Shown one piece after another: positions 9,259 to 19,582 of a stretch of 40,543 nucleotides of DNA. A program made the position numbers and the translations under genes. The notes under the pieces are model-generated. The model was not told the DNA's origin. It did not search any database and saw only the letters and a list, made by a program, of their open reading frames with translations. Within the stretch, counting starts at the first letter, position 1, and every line of letters begins with the position of its first letter. Source of the DNA: Methanothermococcus sp. SCGC AD-155-E23 (GTDB lineage: Archaea > AGJL01 > Methanococci > Methanococcales > Methanococcaceae); contig JAHEQA010000037.1 in NCBI GenBank assembly GCA_019561615.1, positions 1 through 40,543 on the forward strand, in the 5' to 3' direction.

Positions 9259-10379
9259 ACCTTTTTTCTCTCTATGACCAGTAGGGATCTATCACAACAG
9301 GTGAAGCAGGGATCACAACTTGTTATAATAACCTCTGCATCAGATACGTGATGTCCCTCAAGTATAGCCTCCATACAGGCCAGGTTTGTCACCGTGGGGG
9401 TTCTAACCTTTGAGTGGATAACCCTGCCCTCACTGTTCACACCGTAGGAGTAGTATACCTGCCCCCTCTGGGCCTCGTTATATGTATCTATGGGCTTAAA
9501 CTCCCTTATCTCGTAGTTGGGGTTGTAAAACCTCTCAGGTAGATGGTAGAGACCCTTTAACCCCTGCTTTATTATTTTACTACTTTCAAAACACTCGTAC
9601 ATCCTTACAAGTACCCTGGATAGGACATCTCCCTCATCTAAAATTATCTCTTCAAATTCAAAGGGGTCGTACTCTGGCACGTAACCCATCTTCCTCATAT
9701 CACATCTTATTCCACTACCTCTAGCTGTAGGTCCCAGGGCGTGGTACTTCCCAGCTATCTTTCTATCCATTACACCTATGTCCTTCATACGGGAGATCAG
9801 TAGTGGATCCCTCAAGGTTCTATCTAGGAGTTTCTCCATCTTCTCCTCAAATCTCTCTATCCTCTCTATTAAAGAGGGGATACGTTTATCTGGGATATTA
9901 CACCTTGGTCTAATTCCTCCTATTATTGGACAGGAGTACTGGATCCTACTTCCACTTATCTCGTAGAGGGTCTGGAGTATAGGCTCCCTAATCATGAAGG
10001 CCCTCATAGCCATGGTCTCATGACCTAGTACCTCGAAGATGTGACCAAAGAGTAAGGTGTGGGAGTGTAACCTCTCCAACTCCTCAACTATCACCCTTAT
10101 ATAGTTGGCCCTCTCTGGAACCTCGATATCACACCCCATCTCAGTAACTCTAACTGCACACCAGAGATGGATATGGGAACATATACCACATATCTTCTCT
10201 GTAAGTATGGTGGCCTTCTCTGGAGGTAGTCCCTCCATCAGCAACTCCACACCCCTGTAATTTACCCCTATTGTAAGTTCTGCATCCCTTATTATCTCGT
10301 CCTCTATAAACAACCTTAACCTGTGAGGTTCAAGGATAGAGGAGTGTATAGGTCCTATAGCTATCTCTCCCTCGTACAT
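9255..10379 (-). CDS. ehbN: Energy-converting (group 4) [NiFe]-hydrogenase large subunit, Ehb type
   Basis: L1 [10 protein letters not shown] and L2 DPCFTC metal-binding motifs; [11 protein letters not shown]-terminus at ATG 10379 (ORF track over-extended to 10463); stand-alone location as in Methanococcales. Confidence 0.85.
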   Translation of the reverse strand: MYEGEIAIGPIHSSILEPHRLRLFIEDEIIRDAELTIGVNYRGVELLMEGLPPEKATILTEKICGICSHIHLWCAVRVTEMGCDIEVPERANYIRVIVEELERLHSHTLLFGHIFEVLGHETMAMRAFMIREPILQTLYEISGSRIQYSCPIIGGIRPRCNIPDKRIPSLIERIERFEEKMEKLLDRTLRDPLLISRMKDIGVMDRKIAGKYHALGPTARGSGIRCDMRKMGYVPEYDPFEFEEIILDEGDVLSRVLVRMYECFESSKIIKQGLKGLYHLPERFYNPNYEIREFKPIDTYNEAQRGQVYYSYGVNSEGRVIHSKVRTPTVTNLACMEAILEGHHVSDAEVIITSCDPCFTCCDRSLLVIERKKV

Positions 10380-10451
10380 ATTTACCCCATATTTATAATG
10401 ATAAATAATGATAATTAAAGGGGATATTAAAATCTTTTTTATGGGGAAAGT

Positions 10452-10802
10452 ATGTACAAGCAAGTTATCGTTGTCAGGACAGATCTAAATATGGGTAAGG
10501 GAAAGATTGCAGCCCAGGCATGTCACGCCTCCATAGAGGCATTTATAAAGGCTCAGAGGGAGTGTCCAGAGGTTGTTGAAAAGTGGTTGAAGGAGGGGCA
10601 GAAGAAGGTTGTGGTAAAGGTGAAATCTGAGGAGGAACTTATGGAGGTATTCCAGGAGGCGTTGTTGGAGGGACTACCCTGTAGCCTAATAAGGGATGCT
10701 GGAAGAACTCAACTGACACCTGGGACATGTACCGCAGTTGCCATAGGTCCTGAAAGGGAGGAGAGGATAGATAAAATAACTGGGAAGTTGAAATTACTTT
10801 AA
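10452..10802 (+). CDS. pth: Peptidyl-tRNA hydrolase Pth2
   Basis: [44 protein letters not shown]. Confidence 0.97.
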   Translation: MYKQVIVVRTDLNMGKGKIAAQACHASIEAFIKAQRECPEVVEKWLKEGQKKVVVKVKSEEELMEVFQEALLEGLPCSLIRDAGRTQLTPGTCTAVAIGPEREERIDKITGKLKLL

Positions 10803-10812
10803 GGGCGCTACA

Positions 10813-11475
10813 ATGAATCTTATGGATATCTACAGTAGATTACTCTCCCACTTTGGACCTCAAAATTGGTGGCCTGCTGAGACCCCCTACGAGGTTGTGG
10901 TAGGTGCCATACTAACTCAGAATACCTCCTGGAGGAACGTAGAGAAGGCCATAGAAAATCTCAGGAGAAACAACCTACTAGAGGAGAGGAGGATATTAGA
11001 TACACCCCTTAAAAGGTTGAGAGAACTTATTAGACCTGCAGGATTTTACAATATAAAGAGTAAGAGGTTAAAGGATGTCACAGCCTATATAGTGGATAAC
11101 TACGGGAGTACAGAGGGGTTAAAGAGGTGTAATAAAGATCTCTACAAATTAAGGGAGGAACTCCTCTCCATTAAAGGTGTAGGGAGGGAGACTGCAGATA
11201 CCATACTACTTTACAGTTTAGAGAGACCTATCTTTGTAGTGGATAATTATACAAGGAGGATCTTTGGCAGATATGGAGTCATAGAGGGAGACCTAGATTA
11301 CGACAGTATACGTACATTTTTTGAAAGGGGTATTCCAAGGGATATAGAGATCTATAAGGAGTACCATGCACTTATAGTTCAACTGGGAAAGACCTTCTGT
11401 AAAAAGAGGCGTCCCAGGTGTGAAGGATGTCCCCTCTCTGAGGGGTGTAAAAGGTTGATATCTTCTGAGGGATAG
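10813..11475 (+). CDS. Endonuclease III-related HhH-GPD DNA glycosylase with [4Fe-4S] motif (MJ1434-like)
   Basis: WWPAETPYEVVVGAILTQNT, HhH LLSIKGVGRETAD, FVVDNYTRR, C-x6-C-x2-C-x5-C. Confidence 0.88.
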   Translation: MNLMDIYSRLLSHFGPQNWWPAETPYEVVVGAILTQNTSWRNVEKAIENLRRNNLLEERRILDTPLKRLRELIRPAGFYNIKSKRLKDVTAYIVDNYGSTEGLKRCNKDLYKLREELLSIKGVGRETADTILLYSLERPIFVVDNYTRRIFGRYGVIEGDLDYDSIRTFFERGIPRDIEIYKEYHALIVQLGKTFCKKRRPRCEGCPLSEGCKRLISSEG

Positions 11476-11476
11476 G

Positions 11477-12928
11477 ATGGGATTTCTAGAGGGGATACTT
11501 AGTATCTTCAAGAAAAGTCCTAAGGTAGCCTATGCAAGATCCCAGAGTGTAGATCTAATAGAGTTGAAGAGAAACCCCTACTACATAGTGGCATCTGTGG
11601 AGTTGGGAAATACCACCACAAAGTCCATAATTACTGCAACAAATATGGATACAGGTAACACCTACATCGTCAGTAAGTACGTGAGAATGACAAGGGAGGT
11701 AAGGCCTCCAAGGAAGGGGGAGAAGGTATTTGGGAAAACTATATGGGGTGTGGAACTTACTAAGGAGTCAGTTGCAGAGATGGTAAGGGATGTACTACTT
11801 GGAGCCCTGAGAAGGGGGAACCTTACAGTAGAGGATCTCCACTTCGTAGTTAGAAGTACTGGAGTTACTGCAGGGTTTGCCACCCCAGAGGAGGTATCTA
11901 ACATGATAATAGCCCTTGCAGAGGGATGCTTAAAGGCTGGAGTCCCTCCCTCAAAGATGACCCCTGCCATGAGTAAGAGTCAACTTCCAAAACCCTTTGA
12001 CAGGTACAGTCTCATGGATAAGGTTATATTTGACGGTGCAGTTACAGGGGTGCTCCCTCCCACAGGTAAGGAGGTTGTAGCCAACGAGATGGAGGGGGAG
12101 TTGGTCACTGCAGGGATAAAGGTAGGGGCGAAGTGGACCCATGTAGATTTTAGAAACCCCTGTATGAGTATAGACTTTGGTACAACACTGGCAGGTAGGA
12201 TAACAGATGACAGTAAACCCTATGCACATGTAGTTGGCAACCTATGTGGTCTTGCAGGTGCCATTGCAGATAGTATAGTTAGGGGCAGTGGGTTGGTAAG
12301 TAGGGAGAAAGGTGCAGTATTGGATATAAAGAGTAAGGGAGGTAAAATAGATAGGGAACTTGCAGAGGAGTATGGGGAGGAGATACATAAGTATATAAGA
12401 ATCTGCGAGGTTCCCAAGGGTGTGAAAAGGTTTGGAACTGTCCCTGTAGATCCAGAGAGTGCAGAGAAGGCTGGGACAACCCTTATAGGCTGTGATGTAG
12501 GGGAGAATGGAAGTGACCTTCCCAAGTTAGAGGAGATTGGAAGGAGGATCCTGGAGGAGAGTAATATCCCAACCTTACTCTACACCTTGGATGTGGTATC
12601 TGCAAAGACTACTGAGAGACTTGTAAAGTTGGCATGGAAGAAGGGCCTTATAAGTGATAGAAGTGCCCTTGGTGTAACTGGAAGGGCAGGGATAACTGGA
12701 GAAAAACCTAGGTTGATACTGGAGAGGTTAAGTGAGTTAGATATATGGGATAAACCTGAGGACAACCTGGTATTTGTCGAGGATGGTCTTGCACTGGGGG
12801 CCAGTATCATGGCCAGGTGTATGAACTGTCTAGGTACACCTCAGAATCCAGTAGGTGGAAACAGGGGAGACAGGTGTATACTGGGGGAGAGAATAAGGTG
12901 GCAGAAGGAGAGAGGCATGATAAGGTAA
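11477..12928 (+). CDS. Methanogenesis marker protein 14 (actin-like ATPase fold)
   Basis: VASVELGNTTTK, VVRSTGV, ANEMEGEL, SIDFGTTLAGR, DGLALGA, MARCMN. Confidence 0.88.
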   Translation: MGFLEGILSIFKKSPKVAYARSQSVDLIELKRNPYYIVASVELGNTTTKSIITATNMDTGNTYIVSKYVRMTREVRPPRKGEKVFGKTIWGVELTKESVAEMVRDVLLGALRRGNLTVEDLHFVVRSTGVTAGFATPEEVSNMIIALAEGCLKAGVPPSKMTPAMSKSQLPKPFDRYSLMDKVIFDGAVTGVLPPTGKEVVANEMEGELVTAGIKVGAKWTHVDFRNPCMSIDFGTTLAGRITDDSKPYAHVVGNLCGLAGAIADSIVRGSGLVSREKGAVLDIKSKGGKIDRELAEEYGEEIHKYIRICEVPKGVKRFGTVPVDPESAEKAGTTLIGCDVGENGSDLPKLEEIGRRILEESNIPTLLYTLDVVSAKTTERLVKLAWKKGLISDRSALGVTGRAGITGEKPRLILERLSELDIWDKPEDNLVFVEDGLALGASIMARCMNCLGTPQNPVGGNRGDRCILGERIRWQKERGMIR

Positions 12929-13711
12929 TTATCCAATATACCTTAAATCCTCCTCTCTCTGCCTCTTATCCTTCTCCCTAACCATGAGATGGCCCTGCTC
13001 CAACTGTTTCTCAAATCTCTTAATCCTCTCTAAGAAGGCCTCCATCTCCCTGGCCCTCTTCTCCAACTCTCCCATATCTATCTTAATGTCGAGTACCTTG
13101 GAGAGTACCTCCAACACCTTCCTTGCAGATTTTGGATCTATGAGGTAACCAGGGGTCTCACCCATTAGACATGCCCCTTCAATACCCATCAACTTTGAGA
13201 ATGTTAACATCAAACCTGCAGCACCTACTATACCTCCACCATCTGCCCTAAAAAGTGCACCATGTGCCCTTATCCTCTCTGCAAGTTCCTTTGAAGTAGC
13301 TGCAACGTAGACTAGAGGATCCTCCTTTATACGTCCTATACCAAATCCACCAAGGGTATAGGTTACCCTTGCACCGTACTTAATTCCAATCTCAACTAAC
13401 CTCTCGGAGAGTTGATACTGCCCCATAGGTGACAGGGCCTGGGTATTTCCAGTGACCACCACCATAGGTATAGGCTCCCTTATAATATAGATCTCGTTGT
13501 TCATACTCTCTATGGTACCGTCCTCGTTTACCAGTACCTGAGGGGGGAAGTCGTAACAGTAGAGTTCCATGACCTTCTCCCCCTGGAACTCCTGTATAAG
13601 ATGTTCCGCTGCTATCCTACCAACATGACCTATACCTGGAAGTCCCTCTATAAGCACTGCATCTTTTAGAGGTTCAACCTTCTTTATCACCCTCTCTATA
13701 ATCTTCACCAT
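12929..13711 (-). CDS. PAC2-family proteasome assembly chaperone-like protein
   Basis: LIEGLPGIGHVG, FPPQV, TLGG, CLMGETPGY..DP, C-terminal YIG. Confidence 0.9.
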   Translation of the reverse strand: MVKIIERVIKKVEPLKDAVLIEGLPGIGHVGRIAAEHLIQEFQGEKVMELYCYDFPPQVLVNEDGTIESMNNEIYIIREPIPMVVVTGNTQALSPMGQYQLSERLVEIGIKYGARVTYTLGGFGIGRIKEDPLVYVAATSKELAERIRAHGALFRADGGGIVGAAGLMLTFSKLMGIEGACLMGETPGYLIDPKSARKVLEVLSKVLDIKIDMGELEKRAREMEAFLERIKRFEKQLEQGHLMVREKDKRQREEDLRYIG

Positions 13712-13774
13712 AGTTACACCTTGAAGTTTTTTTGAAAAAAGTTATCGTTTTTGTCATTATTATTTTTTATTGTT

Positions 13775-14890
13775 TTATATTACCATGTCCCTGTCCCTGC
13801 TGTCGTACAACTTCAACAACCTGGCACAGATCTCCATATCCTTGTCACTGATCTTTACATCCTCATGACTTCTCCTAAGTATATAGGGGTACCCTCCTAC
13901 AGATATGTCCTTTAGATTTGCAAAGAACTTCTCCTCTAACTTCTTAAATGATGTAATGTTTAGAACCCCTCCCTTACTGTCCAACCTAACAAACTGATAG
14001 TACAACTCAGGGATGTGGAGATGGAACCTCTTTAAGTAATGTATACTGTAGTAGATGTTGTAGTCTACCTCCTTTCTATCTGCCAGGTTGATAGGTTTGG
14101 AGTATCCAGTACCCTCTGCACTGGAGAAGATACCTATATCTGGTAGGGTTTTAAAGAGGGAATTTCCATTGTCGTTGTACCTTTTAAAGTATATACTCAT
14201 CTTGGAGGTCTTAGATACCCCTATAAATTTGTCCCTGTACTTTTCAACGATCTCCCTTAGTAACACTATGTACTCCACCTGTTCCAGGATAATCCTAAGT
14301 TTCTCATCTTCGGCATTTCTCACCGTGGAGGTTACAGGTGTTAACCTGTTATCAGCTAGGTCCTGGTAGATCTCATCTTTTATCTCTTTTTTATAATTCC
14401 TGTAGTAATCTAGTATCTCCCCGTAGTCCTCCTTTATCTCTCCGTTAATCCTACCTCCGTATGTATGGGTCTGTATAATGAGGGAGTAGAGGGAGCCGTC
14501 AAAGAGGTAGTAATCTATATCCCTGTTTTCAAGGTTCCAAAGTGCAGTCTTCAACTCCATATTGATCATGTAGAGTTTAAGCCTGTACTCTACATATCTG
14601 TAGGGGAGAACGATACCAGGTTCCCAGAAGGAGATGGAGTCCTCTAACCTCTCCCCTACCTTGTTTGTATAGGATACAGATCCCACAAGGTAGAGACATA
14701 GGTTGATATAGTCTATCCTGTTGAAGCTGCCATCCCCCCCTCCAAAGGTGTAATCTGCCCCGTTACCTTGGAAGTTGCTACTTATCCAGCAGTCATTTAA
14801 TATCTGTTTCTTATAGTCGATCTCCCTATTTATCCTCTCTATCAACTTGGATATCTCCTCCTTCTTACTGAGGATATAGAAGTACTTCAA
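13775..14890 (-). CDS. nurA: DNA double-strand break repair nuclease NurA
   Basis: GGGDGS, LFDGSL, GVSKTS, GYPYILRRSHE motifs; TTG at 14890 after AGGTG (alternative GTG 14899). Confidence 0.9.
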   Translation of the reverse strand: MKYFYILSKKEEISKLIERINREIDYKKQILNDCWISSNFQGNGADYTFGGGDGSFNRIDYINLCLYLVGSVSYTNKVGERLEDSISFWEPGIVLPYRYVEYRLKLYMINMELKTALWNLENRDIDYYLFDGSLYSLIIQTHTYGGRINGEIKEDYGEILDYYRNYKKEIKDEIYQDLADNRLTPVTSTVRNAEDEKLRIILEQVEYIVLLREIVEKYRDKFIGVSKTSKMSIYFKRYNDNGNSLFKTLPDIGIFSSAEGTGYSKPINLADRKEVDYNIYYSIHYLKRFHLHIPELYYQFVRLDSKGGVLNITSFKKLEEKFFANLKDISVGGYPYILRRSHEDVKISDKDMEICARLLKLYDSRDRDMVI

Positions 14891-15007
14891 AGGAGACACC
14901 TTATCAGTTTATTACTAGATACCAATCTTTTGATATTTTTATATATAGTTTTTATAGTAAGTATATATAAATCTATCTTTAAATAGGTCTTAAAATATGG
15001 TGATACT

Positions 15008-15355
15008 GTGAAGGATAGAGAAAAGGAGATAGATATTGTAAAGATAGCTGCAGATGAAATGCTAAAAGGCTCGAAGATGCTAGGGGAACATTGTAAGGTA
15101 TGTGGCTTCCCCCTCTTCCAGGATAGAAAGGGGAACAAGTACTGTGTATACTGTAGGACCTTGAAGGAGAGGGAGGAAAAAGAGGTTAAAAGAGAGATAG
15201 TATCCCCTTCCAGTGGTGACAACTATGAAAAAATAGTGGATAAAAAGATAGAGTACCTCTTTAAGAGGTTGGAGGGGGAGTACGACGTTGCCAGGATAGT
15301 GGAGATTACAGAGGCCATCAAGGCACTTCTGAAATTAAAGTCTAAGTTAGAATAG
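15008..15355 (+). CDS. UPF0148 / autoantigen p27-like zinc-ribbon protein
   Basis: MLKGSKMLGEHCKVCGFPLF...YCVYC. Confidence 0.85.
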   Translation: MKDREKEIDIVKIAADEMLKGSKMLGEHCKVCGFPLFQDRKGNKYCVYCRTLKEREEKEVKREIVSPSSGDNYEKIVDKKIEYLFKRLEGEYDVARIVEITEAIKALLKLKSKLE

Positions 15356-16612
15356 AGGTAGTACACTTCCCACTGGAGGTGCAAAGGTAGGTACCTTAAG
15401 GGATTTCCATATGGTCATGGCCAGGGAGAGGGATTGATACCTCTCCCCATGAACCACAAATACCTTCTCAGGTGTAGGTATCTTTTTCAAATATCTTATA
15501 AGGGAGTTGTAATCCCCATGTGCAGAGAACTCTATCTTGACAACCTCTCCCCTAACAGGTATCTCATGTTTAAAGGGCTTAATTACCTTTGCCCCCTCCT
15601 CCAACGCCCTTCCTAGGGTATCCTCTGCCTGATAACCTGTTAGGATGATCTTGTTTTGAGGGTACTTCAGGAGTTTCAAGTACTGGAGTACTGGACCTCC
15701 CTGGAGCATTCCAGATGTGGATATGATGATACAGGGCTCCTCCTTGAAGACATCACTGTCAGCCTTCCTTACATATCCAAAGGGGTTCTGTCCACACTCC
15801 AACATCCTCCTTATCTTGGGATTTAACCAGTGGGAGTAACTTAGATAGACCCCAGTGGTATGTATAATGGAGCCGTCTACGTATACAGGTACATCCTCCA
15901 AGACCCCACTGTTTCTGTAGTGGTATATCACCGCCATTATCTCCTGGGCCCTACCCACTGCAAATACAGGTATTATTACCTTACCTCCTCTCTCGATAGT
16001 ACTTGAGATCTCCTCTATAAGCTGCCTCTCCAAGGTCTTCCTAGCAGGTTTTATATCTAGAGGTGAGCCATAAGTGGATTCTATTATAAGGGTGTGGATC
16101 TCCTCTATATCTGTATCTGCAGGTTTCAAGGTTCTAGTTTCCCTCTCGTTTATATCCCCAGTGTAGAGTACCTTCTTCCCCTCTATATCCAGGTATATGG
16201 AGGAACTTCCAAGGATATGTCCGGCGTCGTACATCTCCATGGTGATGTCCTCGGTTATCTTCCTCTTCTCCCTGTAATTTACAGTTTCGATGGCATCCAA
16301 GGCCTCCTTTATCTCCTTTTCACCGTAGATCTTGGAGAGTTTTGAAACATCCTTCCAGAGTATGTACATAAGATCTGCAGAGGGTGCTGTACAGTATATT
16401 TTTTTGAAGTTAAAACAGGGTATAGCGCCACAGTGATCCAGGTGGGCATGGGACACCAACAGGGCATCTATATCACTGGTATCTATATTTGGTATGGTAT
16501 TTTTATTTGGGTCTATACCACAGTCCAGGAGTATCTTGGACTTTTTCGTATCTATCTCTATACAGGACATGCCTATTTGATGACATCCTCCGTGAAACTT
16601 AACTATCGCCAT
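15347..16612 (-). CDS. Beta-CASP metallo-beta-lactamase ribonuclease (CPSF-like, no KH domains)
   Basis: LLDCG, SHAHLDH, AGHILG, YTGD, ESTYG, FAVGRAQE, SAHGD, VHGE. Confidence 0.92.
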   Translation of the reverse strand: MAIVKFHGGCHQIGMSCIEIDTKKSKILLDCGIDPNKNTIPNIDTSDIDALLVSHAHLDHCGAIPCFNFKKIYCTAPSADLMYILWKDVSKLSKIYGEKEIKEALDAIETVNYREKRKITEDITMEMYDAGHILGSSSIYLDIEGKKVLYTGDINERETRTLKPADTDIEEIHTLIIESTYGSPLDIKPARKTLERQLIEEISSTIERGGKVIIPVFAVGRAQEIMAVIYHYRNSGVLEDVPVYVDGSIIHTTGVYLSYSHWLNPKIRRMLECGQNPFGYVRKADSDVFKEEPCIIISTSGMLQGGPVLQYLKLLKYPQNKIILTGYQAEDTLGRALEEGAKVIKPFKHEIPVRGEVVKIEFSAHGDYNSLIRYLKKIPTPEKVFVVHGERYQSLSLAMTIWKSLKVPTFAPPVGSVLPLF

Positions 16613-16637
16613 AACTCCCACATTGCAAAAATATTTA

Positions 16638-17432
16638 TTAGTGAAGATATCCCTTTATAATATGCCTTACCCTCTTACCTACCTCTATCCTATCTCTCTC
16701 AAGGGTTAACCCTAAATTAACAACCTCCTTTTCAATTATCTCCCTTCTCTCCCTGGGTTTGTGGGGTAACATCAATCCTATAATTCCCCCTTCTCTTAAA
16801 TACTTTATACCCTCCCTGAGAATTCTCAGGGAGAACTCCTCCCCGTACTTTCCCCCACCGATTAACTCCACCTCCCTGGCGTAGGCACCTCCAAAACTCC
16901 TCTTAGAAGGTACTGAATGTGTAGAGTAAAAGGGAGGATAGGATAAAATTATATCGAACTTTTTACCCTCAATTTCAGGTATACCCTCAATTATCTTACC
17001 CCTGGAATCAACTATCTCCACCTTTTCCTCTAAGTTGTTTCTCCTAAGGTTATTCCTGGCTAACTCTATATACTCCTTTACAACTTCGGTGGCGTAGACC
17101 TTACATCTGTAGTACTTTGCAACCATGATGGCCAGTATACCTGAGCCTGTCCCAATCTCCAGTACCTCTTTTACATCCCTTCTATTTTTCTCCCTAAAAC
17201 TCTCACATAGGTTTTTTATAAAGAGATAGCGACTTACAGGTGTAGGTATTAAGGCATCCCTGTGAAAATCCATATCTATCTTGAATACATGTTTAAGTAC
17301 AGTTTTGTTGTAGAGGTGGAGGGCGTCCTTATCTCTAAAGTCTATTCTCATCTTTCCATCTTTGTAGTAGGTATATTTTTTTAACTCAGGGTTTAACCTT
17401 ACAGCGTCCTCTATTTTTAGACCTAACTTCAT
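16638..17432 (-). CDS. RlmF/METTL16-related SAM-dependent RNA adenine methyltransferase
   Basis: IDFRD..AL..YNK, LIPTP.SR, LEIGTGS, YPPFY catalytic motif, EL.GGG. Confidence 0.78.
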   Translation of the reverse strand: MKLGLKIEDAVRLNPELKKYTYYKDGKMRIDFRDKDALHLYNKTVLKHVFKIDMDFHRDALIPTPVSRYLFIKNLCESFREKNRRDVKEVLEIGTGSGILAIMVAKYYRCKVYATEVVKEYIELARNNLRRNNLEEKVEIVDSRGKIIEGIPEIEGKKFDIILSYPPFYSTHSVPSKRSFGGAYAREVELIGGGKYGEEFSLRILREGIKYLREGGIIGLMLPHKPRERREIIEKEVVNLGLTLERDRIEVGKRVRHIIKGYLH

Positions 17433-17499
17433 AAGGATCCCACAAAACTGTTAAATACACTGTCCTTATCATTACTTTAAAAATTAACAGGTGATTAAC

Positions 17500-18606
17500 T
17501 TGCAATTTGTACACATTGCAGATAACCACCTTGGATATAGGCAGTACAACCTAGACGAGAGGGAGAGGGATATTTACAGGGCATTTGAGGAGTGTATAGA
17601 GAAGATAATAGAGATAAAGCCAGACTTTGTTGTGCACAGTGGGGATCTCTTTGAACATTCAGAACCTTCAGTTAACGCCTTGTATACGGCGATGGAGGGC
17701 TTCAAGAGGTTGAAGGATCATGGAATACAGATCTACATGATACATGGAAACCATGACAAACCTAAGAGGGATTTTAAGAAATCCCCCTTCACAGTACTTA
17801 AAAGTGTTCTAGGTGACTACTTCAGGACCTTCACTAAAAAGAAGTATCATATATTTGAGAAGGGAGGTAAGGAGGTTTTTATAGGAGGTAACGACTTCAC
17901 CTCAAGGAGTAATGTGGATACCCTTCATAAGACCTACAGAATGATAGAGGCGGTCTCAAAGGACTACAGGGATAGGATACTACTATTCCATCAGAGTATA
18001 TACTCCTACTCAAACCTTCCAACCTACGAGATACAGTTGGAGGACCTTCCCAAGGGATTTAAATATTACGCGGGAGGGCATATACACCAGAGGATACTGA
18101 AAAGGGTGGGGGAGGGATATATCGCCTACAGTGGTTCTACAGAGATATACACCTATGACGAATACGAAGACTACGAGAAAAATGGGAAGGGATTCTATCT
18201 AGTGGATATCAGTGGGGAGGGCTGTGATGTAGAGAAGATAGATATTAGGTGTAGGGACTTTGTAGTGGAGAAGGCCATAACAGATGAGGAGTCCTTTAAG
18301 AGATTCCTTGAGAAGTTAGATTCCAAAAAAGAACCTGTGGTTATCTGCTCCGTCCTAAGGGAGTTGGCTGAAAAGTTGGAGAGGGTGTTGAAAAGTAAGA
18401 AGACCCTTTACAACAGGATAAATTATCTAGATAAAGTTAGTGAGGAGGAGATACTGGAGATATCCCATATGGATGTTGAAGAGGTGTTTAAGGAGTTCCT
18501 GAGGAAGAGGAATTACGATGTAGATTTTGTATACGGTATATACAGGGAGGTACTAAAGGGAGGAGATCTATATAAATACTTAGAGGATTACCTTAGAAAC
18601 TTTTAG
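17500..18606 (+). CDS. mre11: Mre11/SbcD DNA repair nuclease
   Basis: HIADNHLGYRQY, HSGDLF, GNHD, FHQ, GGHIH, YSGS; TTG at 17500 after GGTGA. Confidence 0.92.
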   Translation: MQFVHIADNHLGYRQYNLDERERDIYRAFEECIEKIIEIKPDFVVHSGDLFEHSEPSVNALYTAMEGFKRLKDHGIQIYMIHGNHDKPKRDFKKSPFTVLKSVLGDYFRTFTKKKYHIFEKGGKEVFIGGNDFTSRSNVDTLHKTYRMIEAVSKDYRDRILLFHQSIYSYSNLPTYEIQLEDLPKGFKYYAGGHIHQRILKRVGEGYIAYSGSTEIYTYDEYEDYEKNGKGFYLVDISGEGCDVEKIDIRCRDFVVEKAITDEESFKRFLEKLDSKKEPVVICSVLRELAEKLERVLKSKKTLYNRINYLDKVSEEEILEISHMDVEEVFKEFLRKRNYDVDFVYGIYREVLKGGDLYKYLEDYLRNF

Positions 18607-19572
18607 GTGGTAGGCGACATTTACTCCAAGGCTTCCTACCTCTTTTGGGATCAACGGATACTCCATAAGATCCTCTGCCACTATAACATCTAGGTTCTTC
18701 TCCTCTTTAAGTGTTTCAACCTCCTTTAGGTAGATATCCATATCCTCGTCATACCTTGCAGAGAGGTGGGTTAGTATAAGTTTCTCCACCTTGGCAATGC
18801 ATCCAATGTTTATGGCATCCTCTACTGTGGAGTGCATGGTTTCCAGGGCATGATCCTTCTTAGTACTGTCGAAGGTAGCCTCGTGGATAAGTATTCTACA
18901 GTCTAGAGATCTTATGAACTCCCCGAAGCCCTTGACTGGTAGGGTATCTCCACTGTAAGCCATAGATACGCCTCTCTTTGGGGGGAGGAGGACATCCTCA
19001 GGATATACCTTTTTCCCATCTTTAGATATGACAGGATAGCCCTCTTTCAACCTCCTTAGGTCTGGTCCCATCTTCACCCCTAACTCCATAGCCCTCTTTA
19101 TATCCAACTGTGGCTTTTTCTTCTCCTTGAATATGTAGCCCAGGGTAGGTACTGAGTGTTTCATAGGATAGGAGTACACCTGATACTTCTCCCCATCTAA
19201 GATACACTGAGGGCTGTCAACAGGGATCTCGTGTATATGTATTTCAAAGGTTGTACGGAAGCCTAACCTCATCATACTCCTTATTACATCCTCGGTTTCA
19301 GGGGGGCCGTAGATGTGGATAGGGGTAGTCCTCTTGTTTAGCCCCATAGACTGTAGAAGACCTGAGATACCAAATATATGATCTCCGTGAAGGTGGGAGA
19401 TAAATATATACTTTATCTTCATGGGGGAGATATCTGTATGGACCATCTGCCTCTGGGTACCCTCTCCACAGTCAAAGAGGAGTACATCCCCGTTATACTT
19501 AAGTGCTACAGAGGGCTGATTTCTCTTCTTAGTAGGTATGGAAGAACCTGTTCCTAGGAACACTATTTTCAT
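18580..19572 (-). CDS. rnz: Ribonuclease Z (tRNase Z)
   Basis: FLGTG..PT..RN, DCGEGTQRQ, SHLHGDH, flexible arm GP..LKEG, YSGDT, HEAT, HST, LTHLSARY. Confidence 0.96.
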   Translation of the reverse strand: MKIVFLGTGSSIPTKKRNQPSVALKYNGDVLLFDCGEGTQRQMVHTDISPMKIKYIFISHLHGDHIFGISGLLQSMGLNKRTTPIHIYGPPETEDVIRSMMRLGFRTTFEIHIHEIPVDSPQCILDGEKYQVYSYPMKHSVPTLGYIFKEKKKPQLDIKRAMELGVKMGPDLRRLKEGYPVISKDGKKVYPEDVLLPPKRGVSMAYSGDTLPVKGFGEFIRSLDCRILIHEATFDSTKKDHALETMHSTVEDAINIGCIAKVEKLILTHLSARYDEDMDIYLKEVETLKEEKNLDVIVAEDLMEYPLIPKEVGSLGVNVAYHLKVSKVIL

Positions 19573-19582
19573 AGTACCTCCT

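Noticed and set aside
9255-10379. Selenocysteine readthrough in the hydrogenase or other redox genes
   Set aside because: All metal-ligand positions are Cys codons; no in-frame TGA splits a recognisable protein and I see no SECIS-like hairpin.
10380-10463. Long N-terminal extensions in the ORF track for ehbN (also AGOG 37263 and polB 27998)
   Set aside because: Extensions cross promoter DNA or the divergent gene; SD-supported internal ATGs match family N-termini.
13775-18606. NurA, MBL nuclease, methyltransferase and Mre11 as a defence island
   Set aside because: Each is a recognisable core Methanococcales gene, orientations are mixed, and there is no compositional shift or mobility gene.
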